Assembly (NCBI RefSeq): GCF_002113885.1
Contig: NW_018404852.1
Span: forward strand, 60,359-124,358
Direction: 5' to 3'
DNA from: Mizuhopecten yessoensis
Taxonomy: Eukaryota
DNA length: 64,000 nucleotides
In this document: positions 27,239 to 38,700 of the stretch, piece after piece
Position numbering within the stretch: position 1 is the stretch's first letter
Layout: every line of letters starts with the position of its first letter
Made by a program: the position numbers and the translations under genes
The notes under the pieces: model-generated
The model's database searches: none
What the model was told of the DNA's origin: nothing
What the model saw: the letters and a program-made list of their open reading frames with translations, nothing else

Positions 27239-28870
27239 ATGGAAACAACGACGTTATTAACGTTACCGTACAACAAACAATACATCAGCCAAAACTACAA
27301 TAATAGCTCACAAAGTGTTTTTGTGCGTTGGCAAATTTTTCACACATATTTCGTTTATTTCTTATGTTCAGAAATAGTAATCATCATTCCGACGGTTTTC
27401 GGGAACGCTCTTATCCTAACGAGCATAGCGAAGTTCAGACGCCTCAGAACAGACATGCATATCCTGGTGGCAAATCTGGCCGTGTCCGATCTGCTTGTGG
27501 GCATTGTGCTGATTCCAACGGATATGATTTTTCTGTGTATACAAGATCAACTGTATGGAGCAGATACAAAATATCTGTGTCTTGCAACGTTTGGTTTGAA
27601 CATCACACTCCTGTTCTCCTCCGTGTTCAACCTCTGCCTTATTTCCATAGAACGGTATATAGTCATCGTACATCCGTTGTCTTACTCACAGAGGTGTTCT
27701 TGGTATCGCCTAAGCAGGGTAATAGCAGGAAGCTGGGTCATCGCTTTTACGATTGGGCTTTTACCCATGATGGGATGGAATAACTGGCAGTCTTCCTTGC
27801 CCTGTGATGGTGAATTTGTATTGCCATTATCGTTTAGAGCAATGTTGAATTCCTTACTGGCGATTGTCCTTCTTCTAAATACCGTTATGTACATAATCGT
27901 CGTCCGCACAGCCTGGAAACAGATGGACAGAGTAGCAATGGAATTAAGACACAACAGCGACCACTTTGGGCCAAAACAAAGAACACTGAAGCGAGATTTT
28001 AGAAAAACCAAAGTGATGATATTAATATTAGGCGTATTTAGTATCTGCTGGGGTCCCTATTGTATATGCTCTCTTGTAAATACATTCATCGGTGATTATC
28101 AAATCACAGTTATCGTTAGTAAGTTTTTCTTTCAACTTGGCATTTTAAACTCGGGGTTGAATTGGATTATTTTTGGATTAAAGAACAAGGATTACCGACA
28201 TGCTTTCAAACAGATACTAAAGTGCAATAAAGAAGGAAATGACACCTCTTTTACAATGACGTCCAGTACGGATAAACCCCGTGGTGGTGGACCGAACAGG
28301 TGCGTTAATAATACTGTCCACCCAAAGATATCCAATACGGATGAAACTCTTAACGTTGAGTCGAAGAGGTGTGTAACTCCGTTTCAGCCAAGGGCATATA
28401 ATACAACTAAAACTCGTAGTATAGGGTTAAATGGGTCCCCCAAAACTACTACCCAACCAAGAACATCTAATACAACTAAAACTCGTAGTATAGGGTTAAA
28501 TAGTTCTCCTAAAACTACTACCCAACTAAGGACATCTAATACAACTATAACTCGTAGTTTAGGGTTAAATGGGCCTCCCAAAACTACTACCCAACCAAGG
28601 ACATCTAATACAACTAAAACTCGTAGTATAGGCTCAAATAGGTCTCCTAAAACTACTACCCAACCAAGGACATCTAATACAACTATAACTCGTAGTTTAG
28701 GGTTAAATGGGTCTCCCAAAACAACTACCCAACCAAGAACATCTAATACAACTAAAACTCGTAGTATAGGGTTAAATAGGTCTCCAAATACTACTGCTCA
28801 GTCAAAGACATTTAGTACGAACAGGAGTTTCGATACCAAGGGTCAAATAGCTGCCCAGTCGAGGAAGTGA
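27239..28870 (+). CDS. Orphan class A (rhodopsin-like) GPCR, intronless CDS, 543 aa, with repetitive C-tail
   Basis: Seven hydrophobic helices; GN (TM1), LAVSD (TM2), C3.25 and ERY (TM3), W4.50, FxxCWGP (TM6), NSGLNWIIF (TM7), helix 8 YRHAFKQILKC. Confidence 0.93.
   Translation: METTTLLTLPYNKQYISQNYNNSSQSVFVRWQIFHTYFVYFLCSEIVIIIPTVFGNALILTSIAKFRRLRTDMHILVANLAVSDLLVGIVLIPTDMIFLCIQDQLYGADTKYLCLATFGLNITLLFSSVFNLCLISIERYIVIVHPLSYSQRCSWYRLSRVIAGSWVIAFTIGLLPMMGWNNWQSSLPCDGEFVLPLSFRAMLNSLLAIVLLLNTVMYIIVVRTAWKQMDRVAMELRHNSDHFGPKQRTLKRDFRKTKVMILILGVFSICWGPYCICSLVNTFIGDYQITVIVSKFFFQLGILNSGLNWIIFGLKNKDYRHAFKQILKCNKEGNDTSFTMTSSTDKPRGGGPNRCVNNTVHPKISNTDETLNVESKRCVTPFQPRAYNTTKTRSIGLNGSPKTTTQPRTSNTTKTRSIGLNSSPKTTTQLRTSNTTITRSLGLNGPPKTTTQPRTSNTTKTRSIGSNRSPKTTTQPRTSNTTITRSLGLNGSPKTTTQPRTSNTTKTRSIGLNRSPNTTAQSKTFSTNRSFDTKGQIAAQSRK
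28388..28801 (+). repeat. Coding tandem repeat, 69 bp (23 aa) x6, in GPCR C-tail
   Basis: PRTSNTTKTRSIGLNxSPKTTTQ repeated six times in frame. Confidence 0.95.
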
Positions 28871-29330
28871 AAGAACCAGTCGTTGGGAAATGGATTAATG
28901 GACTGATCAAATATGAATGAAAACGAAGGAAAATACTATTTTTGAAATGTGTATCAATTCAATACGCATATGTATTTTCAGAGATTATACGGCCTCTGAA
29001 AGTCGTTAGTAAGGATACAGAAAAGAGGTTCCCTAACAACAGCGCCTTAATGACCACACGAGTTGACGATGGACTTTCTGCAATCTATAGTGAAGGAAAA
29101 AAACATTCCATAACAGTGATGAGCTTTGGTGCCATACAATTTCTAAGTGAGCAATTTTATCGAAAGCCTTAAAGACGTTTTGATGGAAGCTGGCAATTAA
29201 GTGGTCTTGGGCTGCTAATTATTTCGATAAGTGATGCAGACAGATGCTGCATTGTTACTCACAGGATCTGGGACGCCTAACACCGTGTTGGTTATCAATC
29301 GTTAAGAATATTTTTTTCCATCTGGATGTT

Positions 29331-29570
29331 TCATGATGCTGTTGCGGAGGATCTGCTAAAAGTGTTTGTGTTAGGGGACGATACTACGTTTTCTGGAAGG
29401 CTGTTCCAAAGTTTTGTAGTTCCGATAGTAAATTTGTTGTCCCTCAGGGATGTCCTGGACTGCTGTGAGAATACCATTTTGGAGTTTCCTCGGTAGCTGT
29501 GCCTTGATGCCACATATCTCCATAATTTTACAAAATTGAACGATTCTTTATCGTATACTCCATTTATTAT
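29331..29570 (-). mobile_element. 3' fragment of CR1/L2-type LINE ORF2
   Basis: Translation ...RGNSKMVFSQQSRTSLRDNKF...KLWNSLPENVVSSPNTNTF matches the WNxLP C-terminal signature of CR1-clade ORF2. Confidence 0.7.
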
Positions 29571-32124
29571 CTGTCTGCATCATTTATCGAAATAATTCAT
29601 TATTGTATATTTATGAGACATTCATACTATGTTCTAAATCAGATAATTTAACACAAGAATACCTCACACATGTCTTAACATATTTAAACCTAAATGCAGA
29701 GTTTTAAGATTATACCTAACAGGATACAGTGTGGTATAGGCTGCTGTTTGCTTTGTTAGTCCCCGAGGTTTGCCGTAACTTCATGGCCATTATAATCTTG
29801 AGCCCTGGCATTGCTCATAATATATAACCTTTACTATCGATTAATTTGAAGTTAATCAGTACTCTTCTAACTTTCTAAATTCATATAACTGTTGAATGCA
29901 TCTCCCCTTCCGTTACAACAGTAGCTCAGACTAATTTGCATTTCCACCTTTTGGCCCCTAGCTTCACCGATGAGTCCTTGAAGGACGTGCCCGCTGTACG
30001 TGTATGGTGCAGTGCAATTCATAGCAAAGTGTATCTATCACCGAGTTTTATAGGTACAAGCACATATATGTGTCTTACGTCTTTAATTTAAAAGACAGGC
30101 CTGTAATAGGAAGCCTTATTTCTCGGTGTTCTATCTTGAAAACCGTGAAAATGCTTGCTTGGTTCCAGTCAGAACGTCCATAGCGTGTAGTGGAATGAGA
30201 TTTTGATAAAGTTTTTCGTTTCAAAAGGAAAGCTAGTTCGTGGGATATTGACAGAAGGATCATGGCAGGGATGTTATCGGTCACATGGATAGTGGGGTTC
30301 AGTCCGTGCATACGACCAGGGTCACTTGTATGGAATGCAAGTCAATGTTTCTTGAGTGAAACCTCAGCATATTGGTCATTATATATATATGATATACACA
30401 AAAGATCGTTGCGCATGACAGCTAGGCTCGAAAGGATCTTTCTTGGCTCTTTCCTGCATTCTTCTCCATTATACATTAGTTTTCGAATGTTATCCAAATC
30501 CTGAGGTTTGTTTCCCTGTGATTTTCAAACGATTAAATTTTTTTATTTTTTTTTATTTCTTAAATTTTCAATTGCCTTTAGAAGTTTTCTGCTATCGGAA
30601 AAGCTTACGTCATTGTATTCATGAATATTTACAATATAAAAATCCCAGAAATGACGGTTTTAGTATACAAATATTTCAATGACGAAGTTTTTGTTTACCA
30701 GTGGATGTCTCAATATTGGAAAAAATGTTTTAGTTGGTGGTTTTTTAACATGAACTAGTAGCTTGGATTGTTCCTATAAAACATCACTACAAAAGACGTA
30801 CAATCAATTACAGTATTTTTATTACTTAATTTACAATATTAAGGACATAGTTTCCCTCACAAGCTAAGTATCTAATAACATTATCAATAAGATAATTCAC
30901 TATTCAGAATTGTTTCCAGATCAAAAGAATTATTTGAGTATGTCACCAGACAGGGGAAAGTCTGATATACCACACGTATTTGTTCCCTTTGTATTAACTT
31001 GAAGTAAATATATCTTTATGTTAAGTTTATAATAAATTTCATATCTTCCAATGCTTCACCATGTATTACTTTCCAGATATTATTTAACACTAAATTAAAT
31101 TTGAATATCTTTTCCTTACAGCACTGTATTTAAATATGGACACAGTTCAATGGTTTTGTGACATTGCTATTCCCCAAATACAAAATGACACACACAAATA
31201 CCATGCCAAAACCAGTTATTAAGCAGATCATCTATCAATTCATATGAATTTGTCATATTCAATGGTGAATACGCATACAGTTTTATCAATTAAACAAAAA
31301 ATACCTGAATGTTTCACTGCTGGTCCTGTCGCAGACTAAATTCAACTCTAGCTGGCTGAGAAGTTTAATACATACTTTCTAGGAAACATTAATTTTCTCA
31401 CCTCTGTTAATGCAAGATACACATGTCCCAATGTAGAACTCCCATAACATCACCTAACAGAATTAAACAATTATTCAACAACCTTTAGGTGAAGCTTTGA
31501 TACTATTAATGTGCTTTGAATTTTCAAGTATGTATTTTTACTAATCTTTCAAAATATATTTTCGGTTAATATTTTTCTTGTTGTTGCATTCGCAATGGTT
31601 TTGTTGATATGTACCAAATACCGGGGTAAGAGTAGGAAGAAAAAGTGCCCAACACTTTGTTGTCAATTCTACTCTTTGGTGTAGATTTTTGTTGCCGACC
31701 CTCACTAACACCTCCATCCACTAAGACCTGAAGTTGACCACCACAATGGATAATTTCCCCCTCCCCCTTACCTACATATGATAGACTCTACTAGTATAAA
31801 TCACTCGTGTTACCAACAAAAAGTTCAATATGTTGTATAAACCTTTTAATGAATCAAGTATTTACTGTCTTTTTCAAATATCTTTACCAACACAATGCAT
31901 ACGGAATAAAACGTATACAATATATCTGCCTTTGTGTTGATTCTTTCCAGGGAATTGCTGAATGTCAGTATCCATCGACACATCCACATCCTAAACAGGT
32001 AACTCTTCTGTTATATGATCCTCGAAGGTTAATGTTCACATCCAAATGTAATCGGAGTGAGACATACAGTAGTCAACTACAAAAGGCAGCCTCTCCTGAT
32101 AGAAGCCAGAATTGTGTCAGCACT

Positions 32125-32375
32125 AGAGGTTCAGGTAGGTGGCCGAAGTTAGGTTGAGGTCCGATGTTCAGGTAGAGATCGTGGTTCAGGGGGGGGGTCA
32201 AGGTTCAGGTTGGGGGTCAAGGTTCAGACAGGTGGTCGATGTTCAGGTAGAGGTCATGGTTCAGGTTGGGGCGTCAAGGTTCAGGTTGGAGGTCAAGGTT
32301 CAGGTAGAGGACCGAGGTTCAGGTAGACGGCTGATGTTCAGGTTCCGATAGAAGGCCGAGATCCAGGTTTAAGCT
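32125..32375. repeat. Degenerate short-unit repeat (AGGTTCAGGT core)
   Basis: About 13 recurrences of GGTTCAGG at ~18-19 bp spacing downstream of the RPF1 stop. Confidence 0.8.
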
Positions 32376-32387
32376 CATGATCAGCAC

Positions 32388-32748
32388 ATTGATCAGTAGT
32401 ATTTTTGACAGTAGTATCAGACACAGTAGACCAGAGTGTCAGACCTCTGACTTCAGCACAGTGACTTCATCAGTAGTATCAGACACAGTAGACCAGAGTG
32501 ACCTCTGACTTCAGCACAGTGATTTTATCAGTAGTATCAACACAGTAGACCAGAGTGACCTCTGACTTCAGCACATTGGTTTTATCAGTAGTATAAGACA
32601 CAGTAGACCAGAGTGTCAGACCTCTGACTTCGGCACAGTGATTTTATCAGTAGTATCAAACACAGTAGACCAGAGTGACCTCTGACTTCAGCACAGTGAT
32701 TTTATCAGTAGTATCAGACACAGTAGACCAGAGTGACCTCTGACTTCT
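32388..32748. repeat. Minisatellite, 58-62 bp unit, ~6 copies, immediately after the RPF1 stop codon
   Basis: CAGTAGTATCAGACACAGTAGACCAGAGTGACCTCTGACTTCAGCACAGTGATTTTAT repeats. Confidence 0.9.
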
Positions 32749-32753
32749 CTGCA

Positions 32754-35700
32754 CTATAAGAAGAACTTCCTTCTACTTGTGTCCATTTCATGACGCTGGA
32801 AAAAAAAAAGAGTCAATTTCTCATTTTACTGTTCTTATTTTTAACTCAACATAAGAAAGCTCAAATATAACATACAACAATAAGATTGTGATCACATCAA
32901 ACTAGAAATTTATCCTCACACTTTTACTGTTAGCAAATTTTTATGATTCATATGGAAGGGTAAAACTGATTGTAAATTCTTACGTATTAAAATACCAAAT
33001 CAAATTTCTGGAAAACATTTCTGGAGATTATTTACGTGAACAGTAAATTTTGTGAGAAAATAGCAATCCCTGAATTTTGATGTTTTTCACTCCGTCTGAC
33101 AATGAGTCTTACCTTGTGAATCCATTCATATTCTCCATATTTTGAGTCAAATGTGCCTTTTTGTAACGATCGTAATTTCAGTGTAAATCTTGGTCCTAGT
33201 TCTTGCAATCCAGCCCTCTTTTCATTTCTAAATACATATCTGTAAAATAAACACAAAGCTCTTAAACAAACCAATCATTCTGTATATTTCTAGGGCAACC
33301 ACACCAAGGAGATAACAGTTCCAATGATTTTGCATTTTTCTGAGATTTCAAACTGTTTCAGAAATAACAATTGTTACATTAATAACAAAGAGTGAATATA
33401 ATTCCATGTGATTGTGTTTCAAACTAATAATGCATAACCTTGAATTGTTTACATTGAAACCTCAATAACCAGCAGAGAAAGCATATACGTTTAACCTTAT
33501 GTACATATACGGCTGAGGAAATATCAAATATATTAAAACGTAAAAAAAACACCACTCAATATAACATCCCTTAAATACTACGTTTGTTTTGAACTCAAAC
33601 AGTAACTGAAAACTATCTGTTTGTGTTAAAAAAAATTTTTACTCCCTTACCCACCCACAGAACAAATTCCTATATAGGGTTCCTTCAATATATCACCAAA
33701 CCCCTTTATAATGCCAGCATTTCGAAGGACAAATGGTGGCAGTAAATAATAATAATAATTTGAGGTTCTTATATACCGCTTTATCACAACCTAGTTCATA
33801 GGTCGTATCAAAGCGGTTCACAAATTATTATCCGTGGTTATATGGCCTTTGTAACCAGCCAATACCTTTCTCAACTCCTTGGGGAGCATACAGCAGGAGC
33901 TGCCATTTTGGCGCCAACAGCTAGCATTCAACAATTCTAGCACTGCCAAACCACATACTCATTTACAGCTGAGTAGACTGGAAAAAGCGGAGTAAAGTAT
34001 CTTGCTGAAAGATACAACACAGTGCCGTGCCGTGATTCTAACACGCAACCCTTCGGTCACGAGCCCGGCGTCCTACCACTGGACTACCGTGTCACCTCAT
34101 GTTAATCTTTTTAACCAATTATAAAAGGAAATCTGGTTGTATATTGGACTAGTACTGAGTAAATATCTTAACTGTAAATAAGTAAAACATCAGAAGGATT
34201 ACTATGAAAGATTTCACAAGTACCTTAGATGAGTGATTTTAAAAATGATAATTAGCAGATTTTTAATTTTAGTCAACAAGTAATTTAACGGGATTTGGTA
34301 TTGATTATAATTACTACCCTGACTCATGAATGATGAATGAGCAGGTATCCTGACACTATCCTCTGTGGATACGAGTGATTGAAAGCTTTTAGTGTCATGA
34401 ACGATGTCATGTAATATTTACGAGCTAGATGTACCGTTACCTTTGTGTTTCCTAAGTGACGATCACGTAAAATGATGACTGATGTGAACACATATATATA
34501 GCACTGTTTTGATGATGCTCAAATAAATTCTAGCGCAAGGAAAAATTCACAAGCTAAGTACAGTTTAGACAAGCAATATTTTAGTTTAATTTGGAATTTA
34601 TGTACAGTTTAGTCAATGATATACGAAATTAATTTAGCACTTCTGTTGAGTTTGGTAAATCTCTGCCAGAGTTGAACCTTAAACTACTGTATACCGGACA
34701 TTTTTCGCTGCAGTTTTAATTTCACCGTTTTTGCCCTCCGTCATGAGGGCGAATTTAACATTCCAGCAAAATTTGCAAACAACATAATATACCTGCCAGC
34801 CAGACTGAATCCCCTTTACCTGTGCATGTGACCCAGGTCAGCTGTATACGCCTGCCAGCCAGACTGAATCCCCTTTACCTGTGCATGTGTGATCATAGCT
34901 TTGTCAAGGAACCGACAGATCACAGCCATGTTTAATATGTGGGCGTTTTTTATTATTTCCTGGATTACAGTCGCATTCTAGATTGTGGTGGTTGCGGGCA
35001 AACACATTTAAAAGGGATGGTAGTTTTATTTTAATTTTAATTAAGATTATGGTTGCCTTCTAGATTCGCACTAGAGGGATTTTCCCTTTAGCTCAGTGGT
35101 AGAGCGTCTGACTAGGCAGTCTGGGGTGGCAGGTTTGATCTCTAGTGAAATCTCACTACTCTCTTTCCTGTTACACATATATAAGATACAGCAAAATAAA
35201 GCTATATTCTGTGACAATGAACCTATATGCGATGCCTGGAAAAAAAGGTTTTATCTTCAATAAACCTGGTTAACCCTTTCACCCCTAGGTAACTCTAGTA
35301 GACTCTACCATACATTGATCTGGGTGAGTCCATTATGGTCTACAGTGGTGAACGGGTTAAACGTACCTGTGATGCCTGAAGAAGATGAAGTCTCGCTGGT
35401 TATGAAATGTGATCACTCTACGGCCATGGAATTCAGGGTCGTGGGGAAATAAGGAGGCAAACATGCGTCCGACACTGTGTCCAAGTCTGGTGTTGAAGTT
35501 GTTTAGAATGATCTCCGGTTGATGACCTGTCATCTCTCCAACCCTCTGGTAAACAATGTAAAACATATGTAAACACATTATCTCTACACAATCTGTAATA
35601 ACATCATCGCTTAATGATGTATTATACATATAGCGTCTCTTAATTCTATAATATACACATATACATTGTATACCGTATTTGACCGCAAATAAGCCCCCAC

Positions 35701-38700
35701 CCTTAGTGAAAAAACATCTTGGATATATACCACTGTTTTGATCTATGACCACACTAAATATCATGTACTTATATATTGTAGTTGTTCATGTTGTAAAAAC
35801 AACAACTAACAGACAGAATATTTAATAACAATCACTAAAAGTTGATTAGTTGATGGTGCTTTTGTATTGGTTGATACAAATATCAGAATGGCAATATTAA
35901 CAAACTGACGTTGACAGAAAGATTTGATATGGAAAAAAAATATCAATTTGAAAACGATTTCACCTCTCTGTAATAACTTATAAATGTATTCTAAAAAGTA
36001 TTCATAATTTGCTTCTTCAGTACAGACTATTCCGTCTTTGCGTATTGCAGAGTTATCTTCTCTTGGGAAAAGGTATTGATTGTTACGTCATTGGTTTGTG
36101 CGAGAAAATTATGTCGTTTTCTCAACAATTGATGACGTTACTCTCACAAACAAGTGACGTAACAATCAATACCTGCTCCCAAGAGAAGATAACTCTGCAA
36201 TACGCAAAGACGGAATAGATATAATGGATTTGGTACAAGCACCATGTTTCATTTTACATTGAAAACTGCAAAATACACAACCGGTTAAAAAAATTGAAAG
36301 CATGGAGTTCTTTCAGCAACAGAACGATGTTTTGTTTTATGTTAAGCCATCTAGATATCGTGATATTTTGTTATGTTTTACATCATATTCAATAGTCATG
36401 TGTTATAATATTCATCTTTAATTCACTCATGAATACAGAATCACAGTACTCAGTAAAGAGTACATGTCACTACATGCTATTTACTATTGTGCCTAATTCA
36501 GAAACATAGTTATTTGTAGTATTTTAACTTGGGTTTATGTTGTTTTGCATCCATTTAGCTAAATTGCTTATGTTAGAGACAAAAACTGACATACAATTTT
36601 TAGGGAGATGGAGACAAAATTAGGAAGGAGGCTTATTTGTTCCAAGGACATTTGCCAAAGTGGGGAGGGGGCTTATTTGCGGTAAAATACGGTATATACA
36701 GAGCATCTTAAAGAATATATAACGACATCATATTACTTTTGTAGTGTGATGGCATATAATTGTGAAATCATGACGTTGTCCTATGGAAACAAACCTGAAG
36801 GATAAAAGCTGTTAGTTTTGAAGTTGGTCGCTATATCTCTACTTACCTACATCACATGGGAATCTTTTCCATTTGAATATTATATATTGCAAACAGTTAT
36901 ATCGACTCTCCAACCCTTTGGTTAATGATGCGATATCCATCTCTATAATCTTGATAAACATTCTCATAGATATATCATCTGTCTCATCCTCTAGTAAATC
37001 ATAAATGATACATTCTTACTAATTTATCAACCTTACCTTAATCTCTGGTGCAAGCCTGACATTGCTCATTTTAAAGTGAGATGTTGGACCGTCAGGTAGA
37101 TGTGTTAGAATCAGTCCATCTATGTACTGTTAGGGAGGCAATTAGTGAGACCCTCAGATAAATGACCAAGGGAAATACATTCAAGAAAGATGTTTATTCT
37201 TCTTTTGAATATTAGTGATAATTTAATACCAGGTAGATAACCATTAATGTGTTACAGTAAATTCTTCAAAGATGATTTTTCATTTGCCAAAGGAAAAGAC
37301 GATATTAGGATGACCCACTGCAGACAAAACATTAGAGAGTTCCACTAGCTTTCTTTACACACAATTACCTCCCCTTACATTTGTTTTTGATGTAAATGTA
37401 ACTTGACTGGGACAGGGAACGTAGTTCAGTTAATTAGAGTGACACTACTTGTATAGAATGATCGGTGGTCCAGGGTTCCAATCCTAGTAGTGCTTTACTC
37501 ATTCACCCCTGAAATTTCATAATGAACTATTCCAGCCTTTGAATTGGAAGAGTTCAAATGTGTCTTCAGGGGTGAATGAGTTAACCATCATACTGTTCAA
37601 ATAAGTTAGGTCTGCAGTAGGATTACAATTCATTGGGTGCTATTCTGTTCTGAATAAATTTGTAAAATAACACTGGTACAGTCACCTTTTAAACTAAGAT
37701 ACTTAAATTAAATGCTATAATTATGAAGTTTGACATCTTTTTTTGAGTGCCGATATCATAAACTTGTAAGGTTAAATCTGACAGTACAAGTTAAAAAGCT
37801 TTCAATTAAGATTAAAACAATTTTAATTTCAATTTGTTTCTTGATTTGAGATGTTCCCCGCTGACTATCTCTTTTGGCTGTCACTGCATCTAAGGAAACA
37901 CCAAATTTTAGGATGTACTTGCTTGGTAACCAGTATGGGTCCAAATAAATTCCAACTTTCGTTTTATTTAGGAACATGATGAAGAAAAAACTTATCTTTT
38001 AAAACTCTTGATCTCGTAGGAGTCTAAAAATTGATATCTTACAAGAAAACCAAAAATAAAAAAATTGATTTTCAAATATCCCATACATTTTAGTGTTAAA
38101 TGACTTTCAATATCCTTGTTTTATTTCAAATAACTCCTATTTTTTCTATTATTTTTGTTATAAAAAGATACTGGGCTGTTGATGGTTCTCGTTGACTACC
38201 ATAATGTCGGTAAAGTCTCTGGACAGAGCTTGAGGGATGATCTTCTTCAGGTCCAGTCCGCGACGGTAGTAAATCTCTGAGTTTGGAAAACTCTTCTTTA
38301 GCTCTTTACAAAACTTATTGGTTCTCTGAAATAAGACATAAAAAAATATATTCTGATTTTATCATTTTTTCAAGTTAATTCAAAACAAACAAATCCTTGA
38401 AGTTCATGTACTGATTTGACGAATTGGTTTAGACAAAGTTATCCTTCTAAATAAGTTGTCTCAGTAGTATAACTTTATAAGATTTATGGAGTATAAGTGA
38501 GCATTTTGAGGTTGTTAAATATGCACAGATCAATCTCATTTGTGAAATGTTTGATCGTTTTAAGTCCTGTCTATACATCAGTAACCATTAGTCAACACCA
38601 TAAATTAAACAGGGCATGCTGTTATCCACAATGAGGCACTGTTCAGACAAAGGAACATATCTTAAATGTGATTTAACTTTAAATTAAACCATTTCATCAA

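Noticed and set aside
27328-28011. Overlapping/antisense ORFs within the GPCR
   Set aside because: Shadow frames of a real CDS with no independent motifs.
27239-28200. Naming the GPCR as an amine or adenosine receptor
   Set aside because: Lacks Asp3.32 and NPxxY; no ligand-specific signature recognised.
34790-34890. Local ~58-bp direct duplication containing minus-strand CAG|GTAAAG
   Set aside because: Follows a MITE-like terminus; no acceptor or frame support for an RPF1 alternative exon.
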